Origin: an uncultured virus (IMG/VR IMGVR_UViG_3300030688_000021)
Lineage: Duplodnaviria > Heunggongvirae > Uroviricota > Caudoviricetes
Reading direction: 5' to 3' (one strand)
IMG/VR virus record: IMGVR_UViG_3300030688_000021
DNA: 64,000 nt
Each line of letters begins with the position of its first letter. Positions within the stretch are counted from its first letter, which is position 1. The notes beneath the pieces were generated by a model that was given only the letters and a program-made list of their open reading frames with translations, was not told the DNA's origin and did no database searches. Of this stretch, positions 26,974-37,347 are shown in pieces. Made by a program: the position numbers and the translations under genes.

Positions 26974-27243
26974 GAAATGCCTGGAGGACTGCCTAAGAGC
27001 AAATCAGCGGCCACTGTCTGCGCCCGGAATGTCAGGGCCGTCGCCGAAGATTTAAGGACCGCCGCGGCCAGCCTTGATGAGTCAGCGAAACTCTACGAGG
27101 GCGGCGATTATGACAACGCCCACTTTGGTGTCACCGGCGCGCGCTCATCCTTCTGAGGCGGATGGCAAACCACAAAAATGGTTGAGATCATCTACGTCGA
27201 TGGACAATGGGGCTGGATCTACCGATACCAGCCCCAAGACCTA

Positions 27244-27762
27244 TCAGCCAATGACGCAAGGCCCTCCCAGCAAGGGAGCCAACACCCAGGCGGCACCAGT
27301 CACGCCGCCAATCATCAGCTCCCACCCAGTTTCCCACCCGTCCCAGTACGGCCTCCAAAGGGGCACCAGCGGTCCCCAGGTTTTCAGTGCCCAGGTGCCA
27401 ACAGCCAAGATCAGCCCAATCAGGGCGGCCGGCCACCAGCCGGTGATCATGACGACGAGGATGGGCGCCCATCCAAACCGCCACAAGACCTTCCACGGCT
27501 TGCTGAAGTCCTGGGCCAGGGTCATGTCCGCCATGAACAGGACTGCCAAGGCGACGGCCTTCAGCAGGGCGAGGTCTTGGACACCGAAGAGCGGGTGGTG
27601 CCAGTAGACCGTGGCGGCAGGAGCGGCCAGAAGTCCGTACCCAATGACAACCTGCCAACGGTGTAGACCGAACACCGCATCGAGCCCGCCCTGAAGGTGA
27701 CGCAGGCCGCCACCCAGCAGAAATGCCAGGACGGCGACCCAGATAATCAATGAGCCAGACAT
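27244..27762 (-). CDS. Multi-pass membrane protein, last gene of the late operon
   Basis: Several hydrophobic helices; overlaps Rz stop. Confidence 0.75.
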   Translation of the reverse strand: MSGSLIIWVAVLAFLLGGGLRHLQGGLDAVFGLHRWQVVIGYGLLAAPAATVYWHHPLFGVQDLALLKAVALAVLFMADMTLAQDFSKPWKVLWRFGWAPILVVMITGWWPAALIGLILAVGTWALKTWGPLVPLWRPYWDGWETGWELMIGGVTGAAWVLAPLLGGPCVIG

Positions 27763-28277
27763 TGTGCCCTCACAGCTTGGTCGTCTTCGATCGCCTCACG
27801 AAGACGCAGGTTCAGTTTGTCGGCTTCTTCGGAGAAGCTGAGAAGAAATTGGTCAGCTTGGTCAGAAAGTAGCCGTCCGGCAGGAGCGGGTCCGTGACCG
27901 CTGACGGCGCCGGAGGCAGGCTTATCGGTGGAGCCTCCACCACAGCTCCCACGTCCGGTGGCGGCGCCTGGGTCGAGCAGGCCATGAGCTGCAACAGAAG
28001 CACGGCCGTCAGCGTAAGCTCTATCAATGTTTGATTTGTGGGCCTCATTATCTCTCTCCTGCTGTGCTCGAAGGGTGGCGGCGTCTTGCTCGGCCGCCAG
28101 AGCACGTTTCAAGGTCTTGGCGTACTCACCGGCTGCAGCGGTCTTCAGCTTCTCGCTGGCGATTGTCCAGGTCTGGTTCTCGTCGAAGGTGCCCTTGTCG
28201 TAGCCGTGGGCGTAGGCGTACCAGACGCTGGCCCCAAAGACTAGGACGACACCGAGGATGATCCACGGATTAGGCAT
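27747..28277 (-). CDS. i-spanin (Rz-like)
   Basis: N-terminal TM, coiled periplasmic region, follows endolysin. Confidence 0.8.
   Translation of the reverse strand: MPNPWIILGVVLVFGASVWYAYAHGYDKGTFDENQTWTIASEKLKTAAAGEYAKTLKRALAAEQDAATLRAQQERDNEAHKSNIDRAYADGRASVAAHGLLDPGAATGRGSCGGGSTDKPASGAVSGHGPAPAGRLLSDQADQFLLSFSEEADKLNLRLREAIEDDQAVRAQCLAH
27812..28048 (-). CDS. o-spanin lipoprotein (Rz1-like), embedded in Rz
   Basis: Lipobox LMA-C, Pro-rich mature part, alternate frame inside Rz. Confidence 0.8.
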   Translation of the reverse strand: MRPTNQTLIELTLTAVLLLQLMACSTQAPPPDVGAVVEAPPISLPPAPSAVTDPLLPDGYFLTKLTNFFSASPKKPTN

Positions 28278-28280
28278 TGT

Positions 28281-28988
28281 TCACTCCTCACCCATTGCGC
28301 GGGCGTACTTGGGGCGGCGCTCGATCAGCACGTTGCGGACGTAGCCCCGGTTGATGCCAAAGAACGACTGGCCGTAGCCTTGGACCTTGGTCTTCTGTTT
28401 TAGGCTCGTGCGTTCGACGTTGCCGAACCACAGACTTGGGTCGCAGCCCTCAGTATGCTGGCACAGCTTTATGTCACCAAGCGTGCCACCAAGCCCTCCA
28501 TTGTACGCTGCGAGGGCGAAGGCCAGCTGGCCTTCCGATGCAGGAAACCGCTCGAAGTTGAAGCGATCCTTGACGACCAGGGCTCGGAGCTGTAGAGTCG
28601 GGTCATACCGATCCTCCCACTTCCAGCTCTTCAGGCTGGGGTCCATTCCCTTCACCTCGGCCCAAGCGTCAAAGCGACTGGTCTTGGTGAGCTGACCAAG
28701 TCCGAAGCCGTACTCACGGCTGGTCTTCAGCTCGGTCCTGGGGTTCCAGCAGCCCTTCGAGCGGAGGCTGATGCATGTCTCCTGCTCGACCTGAGCTCCC
28801 AGGGCTGAGGGCAGCGGTAGTGTGGGCCACCGTGCGGCCTCCTCGGCCTGGAGGATCGGGAGGTACTGCACGGCGTTGGGTGGCAGCTCCGAGCCCCAGG
28901 CTGCCACGCCCACTAACCACAGGAAGAACGCGAAGGCCCACGCAAGAAAGACGCAGGCCGCGTAGAAGACCGCCCGCTGGTCCTTCAT
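28281..28988 (-). CDS. Lytic transglycosylase endolysin with N-terminal signal/anchor helix
   Basis: QVEQET, GFGLGQ, AAYNGG, YVRN. Confidence 0.9.
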   Translation of the reverse strand: MKDQRAVFYAACVFLAWAFAFFLWLVGVAAWGSELPPNAVQYLPILQAEEAARWPTLPLPSALGAQVEQETCISLRSKGCWNPRTELKTSREYGFGLGQLTKTSRFDAWAEVKGMDPSLKSWKWEDRYDPTLQLRALVVKDRFNFERFPASEGQLAFALAAYNGGLGGTLGDIKLCQHTEGCDPSLWFGNVERTSLKQKTKVQGYGQSFFGINRGYVRNVLIERRPKYARAMGEE

Positions 28989-29311
28989 CGCAGCATCACC
29001 ACGTTGGCGTAGAGCAACGTCGACAGCACGACACACGTGCCCACGAAGACCAGGGCAGCTCCGATTGGGGTCTGGACCGCCAGCTCTGCGACGTGTTGAA
29101 GGTCAAGGCGGGGGAACAGCACACGGCGGGTGAGCTGGCTGACCAGGGCCACTCCGACAACCATCGCGGTGGACATCAGAAGGGGGCTGAGCTCCGCGTG
29201 GCCAGTGATACCTGGCAGCCAGTGGTCCAGCAGCAGCAAGATTGCCACAAGACCGACGAGCATGAGCGGGCGGGTCAATTCTCGGTGAAGAAGTAGAAGA
29301 ATGAACTTCAT
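28985..29311 (-). CDS. Putative holin
   Basis: Three TM helices, coupled to endolysin; RRVLFP.LDL. Confidence 0.75.
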   Translation of the reverse strand: MKFILLLLHRELTRPLMLVGLVAILLLLDHWLPGITGHAELSPLLMSTAMVVGVALVSQLTRRVLFPRLDLQHVAELAVQTPIGAALVFVGTCVVLSTLLYANVVMLR

Positions 29312-29320
29312 GACAGGCTC

Positions 29321-29800
29321 CTAATGCCAGTGCTTGGAGAAAAACTCGATAACCTGTTTGGCGCACTCGACAACGTTATCACCAAATAGGACGGACACAA
29401 GCCCCACACCACCCGCAGCCACGACGTGCTTGCTGCGGATATGCGGGGCCAAGCCGCCGTGGCACGGTTCAGCTGGTGGTGCTTCCATGGCGCTAACTCG
29501 TGCATGGAGGACGGCCATCGTGGCTTCATTCAGCTTGTGACGCTCCTCAAGCATCTCACGCCACTCTTCCTCATTGTGGGCGTGCGCCCCAAAGCCCGTG
29601 GAGAGCTCCGTGACCTGCTGAGACAAGGCGTCAAGCTTTAAGCCGTCCGCAGTGCGCTGCCGCAGCCCCTCCTTCATGTAACCACGTAGCTCCCCGAGGA
29701 GGAGCATGTGGTCAGCTTCGTTGCCCATTTCGTGTCCCCTGTTAGGGGCTGCGACCTCCATACTTCGCAGCCCCGTTGCCCAATCAAGTTCTGTGGTCAC
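29321..29800 (-). CDS. Hypothetical coiled-coil protein with C-terminal hydrophobic segment
   Basis: ORF track; start uncertain. Confidence 0.55.
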   Translation of the reverse strand: MTTELDWATGLRSMEVAAPNRGHEMGNEADHMLLLGELRGYMKEGLRQRTADGLKLDALSQQVTELSTGFGAHAHNEEEWREMLEERHKLNEATMAVLHARVSAMEAPPAEPCHGGLAPHIRSKHVVAAGGVGLVSVLFGDNVVECAKQVIEFFSKHWH

Positions 29801-30038
29801 GCCCCGGCCGAAGGCGCAGTCGGGGTCAACTGCGCCCGCAACGCGGTGACCTTAGCGTTCAACGCGGCCGGCCAGCCGCCATCGGTGCCCAGCACCGCCT
29901 CGCGGACACGCCGATGGCGACTAAGACGGCGGTGTCGGTGGATATGTCGAGGAGAGGAACAGTAACGGTCATGATGGTTTCCTTTCGTTGAAACCGTGTG
30001 TATCAGAAACATTATTTCCTACAGAATTTTGCTTTCCG

Positions 30039-30386
30039 TCAAGTTCCAGCAGGATAAGCAGGAACGCCCGGAAGCGACTGCGTCGGATCGCCCGCCGTCT
30101 TTGCCCCGGTAATGGCCCTAAGGTCAGCCCGATAGGTTGCCCAAGCGGCAGGAACAGCCACCCCATTTTCTGCGCAGCGGAGGATCGTCACATCAGATTT
30201 GTCGAGGGACGCCTGGGCTTGGGCCTGATAATTTGCCCATAGTTGCGCGGCGGTCGGAGCGCGAGCTGCCGCCACCTCATCATCTGTCAAAAGCGCGAAT
30301 CCATTCGCCGTGAAGCAGGATACTAATCCAACGTCTCCCATGTCGTCATGCAAGGAACCATCGGTGGGATTTTGCCAAATACTCAT
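30039..30386 (-). CDS. Tail fibre assembly chaperone-like protein
   Basis: LDKSD..WATYRADLRAI..P..P; follows fibre. Confidence 0.75.
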   Translation of the reverse strand: MSIWQNPTDGSLHDDMGDVGLVSCFTANGFALLTDDEVAAARAPTAAQLWANYQAQAQASLDKSDVTILRCAENGVAVPAAWATYRADLRAITGAKTAGDPTQSLPGVPAYPAGT

Positions 30387-30398
30387 TATCAGTGCTCC

Positions 30399-32357
30399 TT
30401 AGCGAAGTTCGGCCCAAGTATTGATCGTCCCAGTTCCAGCACTTGCGGTGACAATGTAGCTGCCTCCAGGCGGCACAATTGCTGTCAGCGGCAGAATTTG
30501 AGCTCCATCTGCGTAATTGTTGATCGATGCGGATGAGGCAACAACACCATTGACCGTCAGGTTAAACGTGGCGACAATCGAATCCGCCACACCCAACGAA
30601 ACCAGAATGGGGCGATTCGTTGGGTTGTAATAAGTCGTGCCGAAAGCACGGCTTGCCGACACGTTTTGCCACGTCTGTCCAAAACCCAGGCTCTGCATTG
30701 CAGATAGAGCCTGCCCACCCTGTCCCTGCACCAATGTCGGGGCCGTCGCCCATGTTCCGGCCGTTGCCTCTGTGATGGCGATATAGCCGACGATGCGGAA
30801 TGGTGAATTGGCACCTACGGACGACGCGCTATAGATCACGCTAGCCGATGTCGCACCGCTGCTGATCGTGGTGGGGCTGATCAGCGTGGTTTCGTCTAGG
30901 TTCAAGCCTCCCGAGATGTTGGCGATGCAGAGAACTGGGGAGCCCGCGTTGTAAGCCACCAGTAAGACAAGCTGCGATTGGACGGTCGATACGGTGCCAA
31001 GCGTTGCGGTGCTCGGAACGGTGATTGACAGGGCAGACGTAATCTGTTGGTTGATCGTCGCCCCGCTTGTCAACGTGGCGGATCGGAACGTTAATGTGGT
31101 CGGGTTTAGGCCAGCAGTTAGGGCATTCGCGGCGACTGACGCCGATACGCTCTGGATGGAATTAGCCACGATAGCCACGCCACTAGCGGGCTGATAATCG
31201 ATGCACTGCCAGTTTCCCGACCCAAGATATTGGAATTGAGCCGTATCGCCTGCGGCAGTGATGATGTTTGCCTTGCCGGGAAGGATCAAAGACGTTGAAT
31301 TGTAGGTCAGCGTCATGGCCCCGGAAAATGTCAGGGTATAGATCACACCAGAAGTTGCGACGGAGCTTCCGAAGCTGGTAACTGTGGTAGTCCCAGAGAC
31401 GTTTACGCTCTGGGAAAACGACGTGCCGAGATCGACTGTAGATGCAGACGCAATGGTGACGATGCCAGAGCCAGCCGGGCTAATGGACAGATACAGAGCG
31501 CCGCTGTTGTTAGTGAAGATCGTGCCAATAAAGCCCTTGGGAATGGTCGAACCAGCACCAGCCGAGCCGCCGTTGATCGCGTCACCGGCATTCGTGGCAA
31601 TGGTCGCCGCGCCACCTTCAGCGAAGATCGTGGCGACGAAATTAGAGCCTAGGACGGTACTTTGCACGAAGGTGTAGGTGACGGCGGCAGTGTTGACGTA
31701 ATAGGTGCCAGTGTTCGAGCTGGCCACGCTCTGGGCAGCCGAGACAACCTTAGTCGTGCTGACCATGCTGGCCACGCTGTCGAGCTGGAACTGCGTACCG
31801 TCGTAGCGGAGCTGGACCAGGTCACCGATTTGCAGCTCGCCACCCGTCAAGGCTGTGGGGCCGCTCGCACCGTCTTTGTACAGGTTCTTGGCTGGCAGAG
31901 CCGAGATAGCCACCGTAGTGGCTCCGGTGTTCGCTGCCGTGACCAGGAACACATACGCCATTTGGCCCGTGACCAGGGTCGTGACCGCCGGAGACGGGGT
32001 CAGCACGAGGGCATTCGCTGTCCCGCCCGCGGAGCCGCAGTAGACGGTGCTTTGCGGCGCATTGGCCGCGACCAGGGTGATAAGCGCGTTGGTGAAGTTC
32101 GTTGTCAGAGCCGCCAGGTTGCCGTCATCCAGCACACTGGTGTTCAACTCAGTCGAGATGAACGTGGCCAGCGCGGCGGCCATCATGGACGACTGGCGCG
32201 CGACCTTGTTGAACTGCGTGGACTTGGCCAGACCCGTGGCGTAGCCGTTGACAAGCGTACCCCCAGCCCCCAGGTCGGTCAGAAATTGAGCCTGACTCTC
32301 GACGTTTGCCCCTGAGCCATTGGCAAAGGGTTGGTAGTCTACCACGTTTGTCATCAA
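30399..32357 (-). CDS. Tail fibre protein
   Basis: N-terminal G.A.S.Q.NK..RQ....AAL anchor; Ser/Thr/Gly-rich; C-terminal QTWQNV..R..GTTYYN.T.RPI, WAELR. Confidence 0.9.
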   Translation of the reverse strand: MMTNVVDYQPFANGSGANVESQAQFLTDLGAGGTLVNGYATGLAKSTQFNKVARQSSMMAAALATFISTELNTSVLDDGNLAALTTNFTNALITLVAANAPQSTVYCGSAGGTANALVLTPSPAVTTLVTGQMAYVFLVTAANTGATTVAISALPAKNLYKDGASGPTALTGGELQIGDLVQLRYDGTQFQLDSVASMVSTTKVVSAAQSVASSNTGTYYVNTAAVTYTFVQSTVLGSNFVATIFAEGGAATIATNAGDAINGGSAGAGSTIPKGFIGTIFTNNSGALYLSISPAGSGIVTIASASTVDLGTSFSQSVNVSGTTTVTSFGSSVATSGVIYTLTFSGAMTLTYNSTSLILPGKANIITAAGDTAQFQYLGSGNWQCIDYQPASGVAIVANSIQSVSASVAANALTAGLNPTTLTFRSATLTSGATINQQITSALSITVPSTATLGTVSTVQSQLVLLVAYNAGSPVLCIANISGGLNLDETTLISPTTISSGATSASVIYSASSVGANSPFRIVGYIAITEATAGTWATAPTLVQGQGGQALSAMQSLGFGQTWQNVSASRAFGTTYYNPTNRPILVSLGVADSIVATFNLTVNGVVASSASINNYADGAQILPLTAIVPPGGSYIVTASAGTGTINTWAELR

Positions 32358-32365
32358 TGATGCTC

Positions 32366-33022
32366 CTAGTTAAACGTGCCGAAGGCGCCGACATCGAAGC
32401 CCGCGATTGCGGTGCCTTCGGCGTCGAAGCCAAAGAACGGGGTGCTCGCCAGCGTTGGCATGACGTAGTTGCGGACACCGACCCCAGCCGCGCGCAGATT
32501 GAGATATCCACCTTCAAACAAGGCGAGGGTGACGGCGTCAGGAGACGGCCCCAGCAGGCCCATGTAGATTGACATGTCGCAATTGTCTTGGATAGCGATC
32601 TGGTAGCCTGCCGCCCCAAAGATCACGGCCCAAGTGGCGTAGGCCCCTGGCACAGTGCCGTTCCACGAGTTTGCCACGATCGTCGCCCGAAGCAGCGTCT
32701 TGTAGGCGTCATCAGCCAGTGACACCAGGCCACTCGTCGGGTCGTACGGGCCCTGCCAAGTGCCTTGGTCCAGACCGACGCCTGAGGTATCCAGCGCGAA
32801 GTACACCCCCGTGAGTGGCGTAGTGAGCTGCCGTGGCCGACCGATCCACTGGCCGAGGACGTCGAGCTGGGCACCCCAAGCCGCGTCGAGGTCGTAGGCC
32901 TGCTGCATCGCGTTCATGGTCGCCTGAAGGTCGACCGCCGGTTGGACCTGCGCCGTGATCATAGCCATGAAGTTCGGCTTGTCGTTGTGCTCGCTCGTGA
33001 TGAGGCCGGTGTAAGCATTCAT
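32366..33022 (-). CDS. Baseplate wedge protein (DUF2612-like)
   Basis: DLD.A.GAQLDVLGQWIG, L.DDAY..L. Confidence 0.88.
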   Translation of the reverse strand: MNAYTGLITSEHNDKPNFMAMITAQVQPAVDLQATMNAMQQAYDLDAAWGAQLDVLGQWIGRPRQLTTPLTGVYFALDTSGVGLDQGTWQGPYDPTSGLVSLADDAYKTLLRATIVANSWNGTVPGAYATWAVIFGAAGYQIAIQDNCDMSIYMGLLGPSPDAVTLALFEGGYLNLRAAGVGVRNYVMPTLASTPFFGFDAEGTAIAGFDVGAFGTFN

Positions 33023-33023
33023 G

Positions 33024-34313
33024 TTAGTGCGCCGCCAGGCTGATGTTACTGACCGAGCCCTGCGCAGCAGCGTTGAACGCAATCGCGACGTCCGACGCTG
33101 CAAGACTGCCGAGTGAGGTTCCGATCGTGATCGCGGTGACGTCGTAGGTGGCAGAGAGCGCGTCGAGCTGAGCCTGCGTCACGGAGGCGCCAGACGGGAG
33201 CACACCTGAGGCCTGCATGGCCACCGACACGGCTGCAATGGCCGCGGTCCCTGAGAGGTTCGCTGGGCCCCACAGACGGCCGAGGTAGCAGTTCACGCCG
33301 ATGCCAAGACCGGCGATATACAGAGCCAGGGTCTCCTGAATGTAGGTGCCGGTGGTCGAGACGTACCCAGGCAACGCCGTCAGCGTCACCGACGCATAGA
33401 TCGGGGTCTCAGCCAGAGCGTAGAAGTTGATTACGACTGGCATGCCAACCGGGTCCAGGACCGTGACCGACGTCGAACCGTAGGTGCCAGTGCCCTCGGA
33501 CTTCACGGCCTCAATTGTCTGTGCAATGGTCGTGATGTTCCCGCCCTCAACCACGGCCGAGATGTTGTGCGCCGGAATGCCGTGCGCATCAGTCGCCGTC
33601 GTGCAGTTCTCGTACACCAGGTACCGACCAATGCCAGAAAGATTTCCGATGGCCCCACTGATCGACTGCAGAGGCGTGACGGCCGCTATCGACGTGGAGA
33701 CTGACTGGCGCCGGCGCAGAGCGGCATCTTGCTCGACAGCGGCGCCAGGAACCGAGGCGCTTGAGTTGCTGGCGCTCTGCCACCCGAGGGTCGGGGTGTA
33801 GATTGCTCCGGCGTTCGACGCCGTGTTGATCAACAGGGCCGCGATGCTGATGGCTCCCTGATCCTGGGCCGTGGCGGTGACCGTGATTGACCCGCTCAAG
33901 GGGATATCCACCGAGGTCGGCAGGTTCCATAGGTTCTGCGAGACATCCTGCACCACGCCATTGGTGATGGTCGTGCCAGCCTGCCCGATGCACGTCACGG
34001 CTACGGTGCTGTACGACGGGACCTCACGGGCCAGCCCATTGATCTTCACCAAGGACGACAGCTGGGCGCCCTGTGCGTAGGACGGTGAGAACGAGTTGAA
34101 GACGTTGATCGCCGTCTGATTGCAGTCATTGATCGCCGAGGCAAACACGGCCAGCATCTGCCCATCCTGGCTGTCGGGCGTCAGGATGGCGTCGGAGCCG
34201 TAGATGTTCCAGTACGACGCCTGCAGGCTGGCGAGGATGTCGGAGTACGACGGCGCCGAGATGCCGGTATTGGTGATCTGCGCCGCGAGGGTTGTGAGTG
34301 GATAGGTGGTCAT
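33024..34313 (-). CDS. Baseplate J-like protein
   Basis: PDSQDGQ, EQDAALRRRQ, GIPAH.I..VVEGG. Confidence 0.92.
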   Translation of the reverse strand: MTTYPLTTLAAQITNTGISAPSYSDILASLQASYWNIYGSDAILTPDSQDGQMLAVFASAINDCNQTAINVFNSFSPSYAQGAQLSSLVKINGLAREVPSYSTVAVTCIGQAGTTITNGVVQDVSQNLWNLPTSVDIPLSGSITVTATAQDQGAISIAALLINTASNAGAIYTPTLGWQSASNSSASVPGAAVEQDAALRRRQSVSTSIAAVTPLQSISGAIGNLSGIGRYLVYENCTTATDAHGIPAHNISAVVEGGNITTIAQTIEAVKSEGTGTYGSTSVTVLDPVGMPVVINFYALAETPIYASVTLTALPGYVSTTGTYIQETLALYIAGLGIGVNCYLGRLWGPANLSGTAAIAAVSVAMQASGVLPSGASVTQAQLDALSATYDVTAITIGTSLGSLAASDVAIAFNAAAQGSVSNISLAAH

Positions 34314-34666
34314 GCGAGAACTCCCGAGATGGTGGCGAGACCGTAGATCGTATCCACCGTCAGCTCGACGGAGAGCGACCGAGCGGTCGTGTTCAGGATA
34401 CTGGTGTATGACACAATCGCTGTCACGCCCTGGGTGTCCAAGACCCTGGCTTGGATAGCGAGATCGTATGAACCCTGTGTGCCTTTGCCAAGGATGTTCT
34501 GGTAGTAAGGGGTGCCCTCGGTGGTATCCAGGAACCACTCGCCAGTGAAGAGCTTAAGGCGGGTCAGGATCAACTGGCCCACGGCCTCGGGGCTGTTCAC
34601 AAGGAAGTTGGCACTTCCTTGACCGAGCGCGTAATCGCCGTTGGCATCTAGAGCTCGGTACCTCAT
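34310..34666 (-). CDS. Baseplate/sheath initiator (gp25-like)
   Basis: MRYRALDANGDY, TRLKLFTGEWFLD..EGTPY. Confidence 0.85.
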   Translation of the reverse strand: MRYRALDANGDYALGQGSANFLVNSPEAVGQLILTRLKLFTGEWFLDTTEGTPYYQNILGKGTQGSYDLAIQARVLDTQGVTAIVSYTSILNTTARSLSVELTVDTIYGLATISGVLA

Positions 34667-35421
34667 CCCATGGGTCCTCCAGAAGTGCCGCCAGGCTGAA
34701 CGCATGTGTGCACGTGTGTCTTCAAGTCAATCCCATCCGCGGAGACGTTACCGCTGGTAACAACGATGTTGCCAGTGATCTGGGCCGACGTTGACCCTCC
34801 AGAGCCGACCATTCCATTATTGTAGGTGAATAGGCCGTCGACGGTCATGGCGCCAGTGCAGCGGGTGAGGGGCGTGTTAAGGGTCACGCTTACGGGTGCC
34901 GTCACCGTGACGGTCTTGGCACCGGCGTTCAGGTCGATGACCGTCGAGCCGTCATCCGCGCGGAGCTGGACTGAGTTGGTGGAGATGTTTCCGATCACAT
35001 GAGGCTGGGAATTAAACCCGACAAACGCAAACCCGTCCGACAGGTCATGGAGACGAAGCTCAGCTTGAGTCCGCGCAGGTACCGAGGCCGAGGTCCCAGA
35101 CAACCACCAATTATCGATGCACAGCGTCGAGAAGACCACCAAGCACTCATCACCATTCGCAACTGGGAAGGTCAGGGTGTGCCCGCCGCCGTGTGGGAAG
35201 AACACCGGGACGTCGACCAGCAGCGGCAGCGTGATCCACTGTGACCCACCCTGCGGCAGGCGGACAGGCACCTGGATCGTCGGCTGGACAACCACGGTCA
35301 TGGCCGCCGCGTTGAAGCTCTGAACCGTTCCAGGAAGTGCAGTCCACAGGCTCGCCTCCTGGCCGCGCATGAACGAGCGAAGCGCCTGTAGCGGGTCAGC
35401 AATGCGCTCACGGGGATCCAT
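34663..35421 (-). CDS. Baseplate spike (Gp138/GpV-like)
   Basis: DVPVFFP.GG, GDECLVVF, RLHDLSD, C-terminal HVH. Confidence 0.9.
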   Translation of the reverse strand: MDPRERIADPLQALRSFMRGQEASLWTALPGTVQSFNAAAMTVVVQPTIQVPVRLPQGGSQWITLPLLVDVPVFFPHGGGHTLTFPVANGDECLVVFSTLCIDNWWLSGTSASVPARTQAELRLHDLSDGFAFVGFNSQPHVIGNISTNSVQLRADDGSTVIDLNAGAKTVTVTAPVSVTLNTPLTRCTGAMTVDGLFTYNNGMVGSGGSTSAQITGNIVVTSGNVSADGIDLKTHVHTCVQPGGTSGGPMG

Positions 35422-36412
35422 ACTGTGCTCCTACTGTGTAAGGGCTGACCGAGTTGTTCGAGGCGTTGAGGGCAATGCAGGTCAAGTCGGTCTGCCAAGC
35501 ATGGCCACGCGTGTCGCCAGAGTGCTCGACCACCAGGACCTTGTAGAGCCCGTCCGCGGCAATCTGGGCCAAGAACTGCGTATCTACGGCGTTGTCACCT
35601 TGGACCGGCTCGATTGCGGCCAGCTGGTTGTACGGGATATTGAACGGGTTACCCTTTGCAGCGACGGTCTTGTTGATCGACTTGTTGTCGATCTTGACAA
35701 GGCACCCGGTGCGCAGCTTGGGGTTCATCAGGCAGGTAGCCAGGACACCACCATTGGTCTGCTCCGGACGACCAAGGAGCCCGGTCTGGGTCGTCAGCAC
35801 CACGGCTTCACCAGCGCGATAGCCGGTCAGCGGGACTGTGTGGATGACTCCGTTCTCGATGAACCATGACTGCCCGGTTGTTGCCGCGTACTCACTTGCA
35901 TAGTCCCTGATCATGCCGCACAGCACCTTCCCACGAGGGAGGATCCCACCAGGAGGAGCCGCAGACCCAGGAGCCACCTTGGCACCATACGGAGCCGCAG
36001 CTTGGTTCAGGGCGTTGAGCTGTGTACCGTAGGTGCTGCCAGCAGCCAGAGTGGTATTGATGATACCGAAGTTATGTAGCAGGTCACCGTCGGTCGCGAA
36101 GATGTCGAGGTACGTGTCGACGCCTTCACGGCCAGAGTGATACTGTTTGACGGTGCCGGTGAACACCTCGCCGTAGTTCCCGTCGCCGACGTAACCACCC
36201 TGGACAGAGACCTTGTTGAACTCGCCCGTCACCAGGTTGACATGCTCCTGGCTCAGGTTGTAGACCCGGATTTCGGCGTGGAATGGGGTCTCACTGTCGG
36301 GCGCATGGGTGTGGAAGCTGAACTCCAGCTCCGACAGGTCAAGCGCTTGGGTCTCGGACGACAGCAGCAAACCAGCCTTACGGCCGAAGAGGCGCTGGGG
36401 TGCGGCGGTCAT
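35408..36412 (-). CDS. Baseplate hub protein
   Basis: IRVYNLS, GLLGRPEQT, GDTRG..W. Confidence 0.85.
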   Translation of the reverse strand: MTAAPQRLFGRKAGLLLSSETQALDLSELEFSFHTHAPDSETPFHAEIRVYNLSQEHVNLVTGEFNKVSVQGGYVGDGNYGEVFTGTVKQYHSGREGVDTYLDIFATDGDLLHNFGIINTTLAAGSTYGTQLNALNQAAAPYGAKVAPGSAAPPGGILPRGKVLCGMIRDYASEYAATTGQSWFIENGVIHTVPLTGYRAGEAVVLTTQTGLLGRPEQTNGGVLATCLMNPKLRTGCLVKIDNKSINKTVAAKGNPFNIPYNQLAAIEPVQGDNAVDTQFLAQIAADGLYKVLVVEHSGDTRGHAWQTDLTCIALNASNNSVSPYTVGAQYGSP

Positions 36413-36726
36413 GACGCCACCTGGAAATAGAGATGCCCTGAGGTCCCCAGGGCGCTGAACGTCGGAGGCTGTGACAGGTCGTTGTCAGTGAACGCGATCA
36501 GCTGACCACCAAGCTCAAGGTAGGCGTACTGCGCCAGCAGGTCACAGCCAGTGACCAGCGGGATGTTGTCGAGGATCGTCACACCGGCTGCGGTGGCAAT
36601 CGTGAGCTGCCAGACCTGTCCAGGCCAGTTCCAAGCGGTGGTCAGCTGGTACTGCACACCGCCCAGCGTGATGTAGAACTGCTGCGGAGCAGCTGCAAGC
36701 GGGACCTCGTAAGCAGTCGTGGTCAT
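36409..36726 (-). CDS. Small baseplate protein
   Basis: IPLVTGCDLLAQY.YL; synteny. Confidence 0.8.
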   Translation of the reverse strand: MTTTAYEVPLAAAPQQFYITLGGVQYQLTTAWNWPGQVWQLTIATAAGVTILDNIPLVTGCDLLAQYAYLELGGQLIAFTDNDLSQPPTFSALGTSGHLYFQVAS

Positions 36727-37346
36727 TGCGTGTTCCCCACAGGCTGAGCAGACTTTGTTCCGGCTTGCGCAGTCGGCGGCGGAGTTGTCTGCTGATCAGC
36801 GGCGTTGGCCGTGGCGCCGGTGTTAATGACCTGGGTATAAGCGATTAGCACCTGCTTGCACGAGACGACGAGGATCAGCCCGTGCTCGGTCTTGTCAGTC
36901 GTTGTCGTCGAAAGGCTGGTGATAAGCATGTTGTTGTAGACACGCTTGCCTGTCACAATATCAAATGGCGCACCGCTCGCCTGCAGTGCGCGGAACTTCG
37001 TGTAGGTGTCTTGCATCTCGGTCGAGGGGCCATTGAGCAGGCCCTCAGCACCGGCGATCGTCCCCGTGACGACAGACCCGAGGCCCGCTAGCAAGCCTTG
37101 AGGACTCGGGCTCTCAGAGAAACCGCAGCGAATGGTCAACTGGGCTGGCCGCATGAAGCAATGGTCTGACACGACGGCGCCGTACTCGACCGGGCGGCTG
37201 GTGATTTCCAGCTCATCGTGGTGCTCTTCTTCAAGCGTGACCTGAGCGACGAGGCCACCAATCTTACGCTGGGTGCTGCGCAGCAGGATATTCTGCAGCA
37301 CCATGCTCGCGGCGCCGGTGGCAAACCCAAGGACTGGAGTTCCCAT
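36723..37346 (-). CDS. Tail tube initiator/Dit-like protein
   Basis: EEEH.D..IT..PVE.GA..SDH, TGKRVY.NMLI. Confidence 0.82.
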   Translation of the reverse strand: MGTPVLGFATGAASMVLQNILLRSTQRKIGGLVAQVTLEEEHHDELEITSRPVEYGAVVSDHCFMRPAQLTIRCGFSESPSPQGLLAGLGSVVTGTIAGAEGLLNGPSTEMQDTYTKFRALQASGAPFDIVTGKRVYNNMLITSLSTTTTDKTEHGLILVVSCKQVLIAYTQVINTGATANAADQQTTPPPTAQAGTKSAQPVGNTQ

Positions 37347-37347
37347 C

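Noticed and set aside
27072..27095. Hammerhead-like TGATGA..GAAA
   Set aside because: Core begins TTGATGA rather than CTGATGA, flanking stems are not evident, and it lies in a probable coding frame
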